Origin: Camelus dromedarius | Taxonomy: Eukaryota | DNA length: 64,000 nt | Assembly (NCBI RefSeq): GCF_036321535.1 | Contig: NC_087436.1 | Coordinates: 121,460,001 to 121,524,000 of the forward strand | Reading direction: 5' to 3' | Shown here: one piece after another, positions 55,254 to 64,000 of the stretch | Layout of the letters: each line of letters opens with the position of its first letter | Position numbering within the stretch: position 1 is the first letter of the stretch | Notes under the pieces: model-generated | What the model was told of the DNA's origin: nothing | The model's input: only the letters and a program-made list of their open reading frames with translations | Databases searched by the model: none | Program-made: the position numbers and the translations under genes

Positions 55254-55869
55254 GGATCAGATTCTCAGGAAGCCTCGACGTCATGCTAAGCCATTTCTCT
55301 CTACCCTAGAAGGGCCAGATAGCAGCAACACTCCAGGGAACACCTTTCACCTCTTACTCTGTGCCAGACACGATTTTAAGTTCTCTCCGTGTATTGTTTC
55401 ATTTAATCTTACAATAATACTTAGAGAGATCTGCTCACTTCTGAGGGCCATACAGATCCAGGGGCGGCGGGGCAGAGGGTGGGGGTCGCGGGACCTGAGG
55501 CCGGGAGGGACGCAGCGAGCGTGGGAAGGAATAGCCCGGCTCTCTCACGACAAATGAATTTCGGAGGCAACCCATTCCAATTCTGTCCAAGTGCCTTCGT
55601 GGTGAGGATGGAAGAGTGGGAAGAACAGAAGAAGTTCTCAGGGAACCTCCATTCTACTGAGGGGACACGGAGGAAATGGGGCGCTAAGCTGGGAAGGCAG
55701 GCAGGTAGGAGGCAGTGCCACCCAGGGAGCCAAGAGCCCTGGGCAGGTGAGGAGCAGGGAGCAGGACCCCCCAGGCTGGGGGACAAGCTCTGCACCACGC
55801 AGCCAGCACTGGAGGGATCAGGGTCACTCACAGATGGACATACACACAGTATCCAAAGTAACACCACTG

Positions 55870-56410
55870 AACTTCACACTTAAAAGTGGTTAGAATTGTC
55901 ATTTTTGTTACGTATATTTTACAACAATTAAAAAAAAGTGTACATGAATAATTGTAGCAGCATTATTCATAACAGACAAAAAATGAAAACAGCCAATGTC
56001 TGTGAACTGATGAATGCAGAAATAAAATGTGACATATCTGTACAATGCAATATTACTTGCCAACAAAAAGGAATTAGGTACTGCTTAATGCTACAGCATG
56101 CATGAACTTTGAAAACATTATGTTAAGTGAAAAGAGGCCAGTTACAAAAGATCACACAGTGTGTGATTCCCATGCACTTGAAATGTCCTGAACAGGCAAA
56201 TACTTAGGGACAGAAGTAGATTGGTGGCTGCCTTTGGCTAGAGGTGGAGTGACTACCACTGGGCATGGGGTTTCTTTTCGGGGTGATGAAAATGTTGTAA
56301 AACTGGTTGTGGTAATGGTCACACAACACTGTGAACATATTAAAAACCACTGAACTGTACACTTCAAATATGTGAATTGTATGACATCTTAATTATAGCT
56401 CAATAAAAAT
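55870..56410 (+). mobile_element. L1MB/ME-like 3' end
   Basis: gaactttgaaaacattatgttaagtgaaa...aaaaccactgaactgtacactt...caataaa. Confidence 0.75.
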
Positions 56411-56885
56411 GCTCTTTTTAAAACATAATGAGAAAAAAAATCTAGTGATGTTAAAACAGATGGATAGGTCTTTGGTGGGAAACACTCCTACTTTATACTA
56501 TCTGAAATTAATTTTGATAGTTAAAATATTTAAACTTTCTCAAAAAGGAACTATAATAGTACTAGAGAAAAGACAGATTGATTTTTTTAAATTATCTTGG
56601 AGTAAAGATAGACTCCCTAAGTACAACACAAAGTTCAGAGGCTGAGAAGAAAATATTGATATATTTGTCTACATAAAAAATTAAATCTTCCATATTAAAC
56701 AAATAGTGTAACTCAAAAGGCAAAAAGCAGAAATACAAAATAAAGTCACACTGAATATAAAAGGATAATGCCTTTCACATATAACGAACTTTTACAAATG
56801 AGTTAGAAAAAAGCAAAATTGAAAAAACCCAATGAAAATGCTTAACGCCATCCATAATCAAAAGAGACCATTTTTATTTTCAAAA

Positions 56886-57033
56886 TTTTTTTTTCTTTTT
56901 TTTGAGGGAGAAGGTAATTAGTTTTATTTATTTATAAATTTAATTTTTAATTTTTTAAATGGAGGTACTGGGGATTGGACCCAGGACCTCGTGCCTGCTA
57001 AGCATGTGCTCTACCCCTGAGCTACACCCTCCC
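56886..57033 (-). mobile_element. tRNA-derived SINE (Vic-1-like)
   Basis: GGGAGGGTGTAGCTCAGGGGTAGAGCACATGCTTAGCAGGCACGAGGTCCTGGGTCCAATCCCCAGTACCTCCA, then an A-rich segment, CTAATTACCTTCTCCC and an A tail. GACCATTTT on both flanks may be a TSD remnant. Confidence 0.85.
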
Positions 57034-57658
57034 ACAACTGGGACCATTTTCCAAATTACAGCTTAGTAAAATTAAAAACACTGATAACAACCAGTGTCAG
57101 CAAGGTCACGGGCTGGGGTAAAGTGACACAATCTTTTTGAACGATAATTTAGGGACATCCAAATTTTGAATGCACGTGCCCTTGAACTGGAAATCATCTC
57201 TTTTAAAAAATGCAGTTATGACTGCCCTACAGACATGGTTCTCCATCTGACTGCTGCTCCAGTCAGGACCCGCGCCTAATGCTCATTCTTTATGCTGCTG
57301 GTTATTCCATTACATTGACTTAGTTTCTATCTGAATAACCCTTTCCTGAAGTTCTCATCGGTACTTCCAGTCCACATGCACAGAGAACTGTCTGGAAGGG
57401 GCTGAGACATGGTTAGTAACAGTGCTCACTTCTGGAGAGGACGACCGGCTGGGTCACGGGAGAAGAATTTTTGCTGTATCATACCACTCTTGTGTTCCGG
57501 GGCCACATGCTTCATAACTGCACATTAGAAACCCTACAGGGTTCTTCCCGGTGAGAACAGTGAAGATAAGGAGAATTTATTAAATAGTATTTGAAGCAAA
57601 AAGGGACTCGAGAGAGACAAACATCGAGCCCGCGGCCCGACAGCAGGCAGCGCGCTCA

Positions 57659-57811
<153 letters not shown>

Positions 57812-60169
57812 CTAATAACTACTTCCACTAACGTACTGTTTGAGTAGTTTGAGTACCTACGACCCGGGGTCTGGAAGGTAGCCTGGTGAAGCGTCAAAGC
57901 CCCATGCAAGACGGTCAGTCTCTGGCTGTGTCATTTAGAAATCGTGCGACCTGGACCCTCAGGGGTAGCTCTGCTGACCTGTGTTCAAATCTGTGCACCA
58001 GACCTAACGGCACACGTCACACAGGGCTGCTGATGAAGACTGTTCAACGATGCGTATTAAGCATGTGCTAGGTACCAAACAACTTCAAAGTGCAGGAAAC
58101 ACAACGGTAAAAAGGACCATTACAGTGAGGGAGGGAGACACAAAATCAGTTAATGGTATGTGATAAGAGAAAAATTAGCCAATCATCTAGTGATAAACAG
58201 CATGAAACAAAGCAAGGCAAAGGTGGAGGGTGTCACCTGGGCTAAGGTGGGATCAGGGGAGGCCCCTCTGGAGGACCACGCTTCCGCAGAGACCTAGGAT
58301 GTGACGATGTGAGCCTCAGGAAGATGTGGGAGAAGAGTGTCCCCAGCGAGACGAGCAGTGGAAAAAGCTATCGGATAGTATTTTAGAAAGATGTTTTTAA
58401 ACAAGTGTCCTTTTAAAAAAGTTTATTTCAAGAGAACTTAGTACCTTCCATTGTAAGCATTCAGAGGAACTGAAATTTTACAGAATTTTATCCAAGAGAA
58501 AACACCACAGTTTTGGCTGGTGACTAAGAGACTCCAGGACTACTGGGAAGAACAGGGAAACCAGGGGGAAAGTCATGTGTCACGGGTAACGAAGAGCTGA
58601 GTTGGGGGGGGACGGTGGGTGGGCCGTGAGGAGCTCAGGAGAGAAGGCCTGGCTAGAGACAGAGATGCGATAGTAGCCGCCAAACAGACATTGCTGGAGG
58701 AGCAGGGCTGTCTTCCTTAACCTTCTGTTTTGCTCCACCACTCCCCCCATTGCAACGGAGATGGTGAGCCCTGGACTTGTACCCACCTGCCAGACGTCCC
58801 GGAGCACCTCAACATCAGCTTCAAATTAGACTCGTCGTCCCCCCCAGTCCAGCCCTCTTTCCATATGGAGAATCCTGCTAACAGCCACCATCTACCAAGC
58901 AAACGAAGCAGGAAACTGGGACATCATCAAAGTGCCTCGCTCATTCTTCTAGAACCATCTGCTGCTGCAGTCCCCTGTGCAGGGCACCGTCTGGACACTG
59001 GGCACACCGTGCAGAGTCAAGGTGGCCAGACCTCCCTCAAAAGTGCTCCTGTCCCCTCTCCTCCTTGCCCGCCCTACTGTCCTTTCATATCAGGGCCACC
59101 AAACTCCCAGACCGCCCTTCTAACGGGCCTTCCAACCTCTTCTTCCCTGCGAGGCCCTCTTCTATGCTGCCTTGTGGGGTCACCTTCTTAAAGCGCAAAT
59201 CGAAGCTCCACTCTCCACTGCTTACAGCCCCTAAAGGTGTCCCGGTGTATGGGGATGAAGTGAGCAGAGTGCATCCCAGCCTGACGCCATCCCACAGGCA
59301 CACCGTGCCCAGACCACACCATTTACAAAAGCGCCAAAGAAGCAAGAGCAGGTTCCTGGAATCCCAAGTGCCTGGACTGACGCTCTGGCCTTCGTAATCT
59401 AGGCCAGTCTCTACTTGGCTCAGGTGGGACCACCTCCACGAAGCCCACCCTGCTTGTCCTAAGGAGATGCAGGCGCTCCAGCCCTTTGCATCTTGAAAAC
59501 GTCTTCATTAATCTCAACGAGGGCAGGTTCTAGGTTCATGGTCTCATTCCCAGTGTATCTCCAACCTGCAAACATTTGATTGGATGACTAAGTGGACTTC
59601 CAGGTGCCCAATACAGGAAGAGCAGCACACTGCCCACCAGACCCCCAAGGGATGTTCAAGCACTGAGTAGACTGAAAACACCGGAGACGCTGCCTACGGG
59701 GGACGGGTCAGAGGCTGAGACGACTACTGAGGGCTGAGAGGAGGAGTGAGAGCTAAGATTCCTCACGTGTCTGTTAGTGCCTGGCACCTTTCTAGGAGTT
59801 TCCCACGTACTGACACATTCAATCACCCCCAGCCCCGGACGTAAGCATGGCTACCAGTCCCTTCGCTCAGATAAGGGACCCGAGTTAAGAGTAAATAAGT
59901 TGTTACTGTCACACCACTGGTGAGAGTAGAACCCAGACGTGCACTCAGGTCTGCCCAACTCCGGGGATCCTGTGCAACCAGCACTGTTATTAAGAAGCCA
60001 TGAAGCGTAACCAAAGTGCCTTTTTTTTTTTTTGAAGTGTAAAAACATTTAGAATAAAGATTTGCCGTAAACACAGTTAGACATTAAGGTATGTTGTGAA
60101 ATGCAAGTAAGAGTAAACCAAAACCCCCAAAATGTCAGAAATGGTTATGGCGATGGCTGAAACAAGCAG

Positions 60170-60400
60170 CCCTTGTCAGCATTTACCAAAAGCCAGACAC
60201 TTTTCTAGAAGCTTCAGAAGTCTGCTCTCACTAAATCCTCCCATCAATGCCACGTGCCGAGTGCTGTTGCTAAGCTCTTACTATGACTCTAATTTTACAG
60301 GTGTAGAAACTAAGGCACAGATGTGTGAAGTAATTTGCCCAAAGCATTACAGCCAGTAAGCAGGGAAGCTGGGACAGGAACCTAAGCAACTTGGACCCAC
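60170..60400. mobile_element. MIR remnant
   Basis: MIR core attttacaggtgtagaaactaaggcacagatgtgtgaagtaatttgcccaa. Confidence 0.7.
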
Positions 60401-60637
60401 GGGGACATCAGCTTTGTCACAACAGCTGCTTTTCCATCAATAACCAGGCTCACCAAGGCAAATGCAAACTGTGACACAGAACGGGGCCGAGGGCCCTTGG
60501 TCTGCAAACTCTGCTGGACACTCAGGGTGTGTTGCTTGGGTTTTCTACCATGGATGCCAGAATTATTTTTATAATTTTTATTTTGTGATATCAGACACCA
60601 CCAACCACAATCATGAATTTAGTGTGTACTATTCCAA

Positions 60638-60640
<3 letters not shown>

Positions 60641-60686
<46 letters not shown>
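60641..60686 (+). repeat. (GT)23 microsatellite
   Basis: Read directly. Confidence 0.97.
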
Positions 60687-60687
<1 letters not shown>

Positions 60688-63600
60688 TGCAGCCATTAAA
60701 AATATATTATTGTTTGAGAACGAGATTCCTAATCTGGGATTCACAGCAGACATTAGGGTGTCCCTGAACTCAGATGGAAGAAGAATCACCTCTATTTTCA
60801 GAAACTTCCAACTACCTTAATTACTACCCTAAAGACCCCATCTCCAAACAGAGTTGCATCGGGAGTTAAGGCTTCAACATGCGCACTTTGGGAGGACACA
60901 GGTCCACACAGCACTGCTGTGACTTGTGTTTTCCTGATTACCAGGGAGACTGAACGTCTTCTCACACTGTCTGGTGAGTCAGCTTTCCTCTTTGCGAGCT
61001 GCTTGTTCACATCTTCTGTGCCGTGAGGGGAGAGGATCTCACAGATGTACTGCCGTTCTTTATATAATCTGGATACAAAACATACCCTGCACAAATCTCC
61101 CATTTTCCGACTTGCTGTAATTTACTTGTAAATGCTAAGTGCTTTTTATTTTGTTTTGCATGAATATTTTCATTGTTTTTATTAAATCAGTATCAAAATG
61201 TTTAATTGTATCTACAATGCCACCTGTGGTTCCTTCTCCAAATGTTTATGTTCACTGCCAGCGGAGACAGCAGGGTCGCCCAGAACTAGTCGTGAGGGCA
61301 GGCGTGTGCGTTTTCCTTTCAGAAGGGAAAACCGTTCCTACTGAATCTTGAAAGAGCGTTCCTAGTCCAAAGGGCGCGCGGCAGCCCTGCCCCTGCTGCC
61401 CCCTTGCAGCTGCACTGACCTGCCTCACTTCCTGGCAGGACCCTGCGCCTGAGCATTTGTGTGGTGTAGATCTCTTTTTCGGGTGTTGTTTTGTGAGGTT
61501 GACTTAGCTGTTAAACTGGTGGCGTCCTCCCTGGACCCCTAAGGTCAGGCTTTACCACTCCCTTTGACAGTGGAGGGAAAGAGAAATTAAGTGACTTGCT
61601 CGAAGTCACATCGCTAGTAAGTGAGAGCATCAGGGTTCAAACCCAGGTCTGTCTGGCCCCGGTTCATGCTCTAACCAACCACGTAATGCTGTTGAAAGAC
61701 ATCCTCTGTTTACTGCTTTTAGTGGAAATGGGTTGATGTTTTCTCTTTAGCTTCTGGCATGAAATTAGCTTTCTAGACGTGAGATCGTGGCTCTTTGGCT
61801 GGATGGACAGTGTGAAAGCACAAGTAACAAGACGGATATGGCGAGGAAGGTGAGGGCGCTCTGTTCTCATCTGTTGAGGACGGAGTCCAGGGACATGGCC
61901 TGTGTCCAAGGACCCTGCCCTTATAGATTACAGTTTAGCCTGAGGAAGAGTTGTTGACTGCACTGTGTTATGAACCCCAGGTCCCAGACTCCCAGAGGGC
62001 AGACAGTGCCTCTGAGCTGGAAGATCAGAGAAGACTACAAAGAAGAGGACACAGAGAAACTGGACCCTGAAAGGTGTAAAGAACCAAACAAGAAAAAGAG
62101 CACGAAGGGCCACTGCAAAAAAAGTTGGAGTAACAAGCTCACAAGAACACGTTCAAGGGAACACAGGAGTCGTTCAATTATACAGGGATGCACTAGGGAT
62201 CTCTTGGGCGAGGACACATGAAGTGCAACGAGGGAAACAAAAATATTGGCTATTACACCTCTGGAATCAAAAGGTTTATATGTTACTTCCAGAAACTCCT
62301 TGCAAACCCTCAGCAAGAGAGCGCATTCATGTAACCGGTACATTGAGTTTCCGCGCTAAGCAGACTGCTGGGTAACACTACAACCGGAGATCAGAACGGA
62401 ACTGCTACACTTAAGACCCAAATCCACATTCAACGCACCCACCACAATATTCCTTCCTCTGTGTTCATGTGGTCAATTTCCTCAAGAGGTAAAATGGAGC
62501 TAGAGTCTCCTCAGATGCATGATGTGAAACAATTTCAGCTTATCATTTAAAGCAATTAAAGTTCATAAATTGCTTAACAAATGTATTGCACAGAAGGAAA
62601 ATCCTAAATTTTAAAAAAAAGCAGTGACTTATGCGTTTTACATTATTAATATGACTGTGTCATACTTCCTTAAAGGGCACCGGGCCCAGAGACACACACA
62701 CACAATCTTTTCCAATGTGGTAGCATCTGCCAACACTCCTGAGAAGGAGAAAAGGTTCTAACAAACCTGTCTGAGACCCAAAAGAGAAAGAGATCGATTT
62801 TACATGAAATACATCTAGAAAATGACTGGACTCTCTCATAATGTTAAACCGCCGCTGCAATTCCCAGGGCCAACACGTAACTGTCATGCTGTGTTCACTC
62901 CCTTCACAAGTTAATGTCCTAACATGTGAGCCAGAGAAACTAACCGAGGGCTGGCCTCAGGGAACAGACGTGTGTCCAAGAAGGCAGCTCCTGGGAAAGA
63001 CTCGTAAGCTTCTAAAGGAAAGGAACAAACAGTTTCCAGCTTGGGAACACAGCCCACAACTGTAGCCAGCAGGCAGCGTTTAGTACTCACACCTTTCTGA
63101 TACTTCACACTCAACTTGTCTAAGCATTAACCACACCGATGTAATACCTCTTTCAACACAGGAGTGGAGATCCTCTGCTGACCGGGGTAGGCCTCGTAAG
63201 AGTTACACCACCACAAGGTAACACTCTAGGGATCAAAAATTAAAGCTTTCTTGTGAAACTATCACTGTGGTCCTAAGCTTTATGGCAGAAACTGGCAGTG
63301 TCATGCTCCTCAGCACTTACGGAACACTTAGACTCACCTTATTACCTAAGCTCTACAGCATTATAGGAAAATCTGTTCGGTCCAATAGTCCCTTTTTGTA
63401 CATTACATGCAGGTACGAAAGCAGAGTGGAAAGAAGACAGGTTTAGCCTCAGTAGGACCTGACCTCCACGCAGGATGACTCACTTCCACTACCAGTGTGG
63501 AGTTCACAGTGAGGGACACCACAAACAACGCTCCACTGAAACACTGCTCTGAGGGCCACGCACGGCCTCACCAGAAAAGTGAGGCCCGGTTCCTTCTACC

Positions 63601-64000
63601 CATCCTCATTCTTCTACTCAAAATAACTCACATTAGCACACAAAAACACTGAGGTCTCGATATTCAACTCCTAATATAAGAAACACTGTACAAAATAAAA
63701 GTTCACTGCTTCTTGGCTCAGAATCCTTCCATTTAAACCCTAACTTCAGCAGCTAATTCTCTGTCCTACTCAATGTTACTTCAAGAATTTCCCATACAGT
63801 GTTTCCGATTCAGGGTCCCCAAGGTGTTGAGCAGCCATGTACTATCAAGACCTTTCCTCTTGAAAGGCCCTTAGGACACAAATGGGAAGGAGGGGAAGCT
63901 TAAAAAGAAAACAAAGCCCAAAGATCTGAAACAGCTGTGTTCCAGGATAATTTCTCTCACAGAACGTTACTCAGTATTCTGATCACAGAGGAATTTATTG

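Overview
This is mammalian genomic DNA, most likely a camelid, inferred from three tRNA-derived Vic-1-type SINEs. It covers the conserved GRK4-HTT locus, with both genes on the minus strand. HTT: coding exon 1 lies at 7179-7423 (N17, 13 Gln, Leu, then a Gln/Pro-rich region), with a 21-aa 5'UTR uORF, a CpG-island promoter and the first ~7 kb of intron 1 (1-7178). GRK4: coding exons 2-16 lie between 18225 and 57759, all with GT-AG junctions and one continuous reading frame (1679 coding nt in the window). GRK4 exon 1 lies beyond the window, and the AATAAA is at 18150-18155. The rest is intronic or intergenic sequence with old L1/L2/MIR, LTR and DNA-transposon remnants and microsatellites. I find no evidence of a wholly new biological system. 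The most notable observations are a CTG(Leu)-capped, CAA-interrupted HTT repeat, intact cis-elements for an exon-1-only (HTT1a-type) transcript, GRK4 residues matching the human salt-sensitivity alleles 65L and 142V, and hairpins near the HTT promoter. Comparisons to human and mouse and repeat subfamily names are from memory and need alignment or RepeatMasker confirmation.
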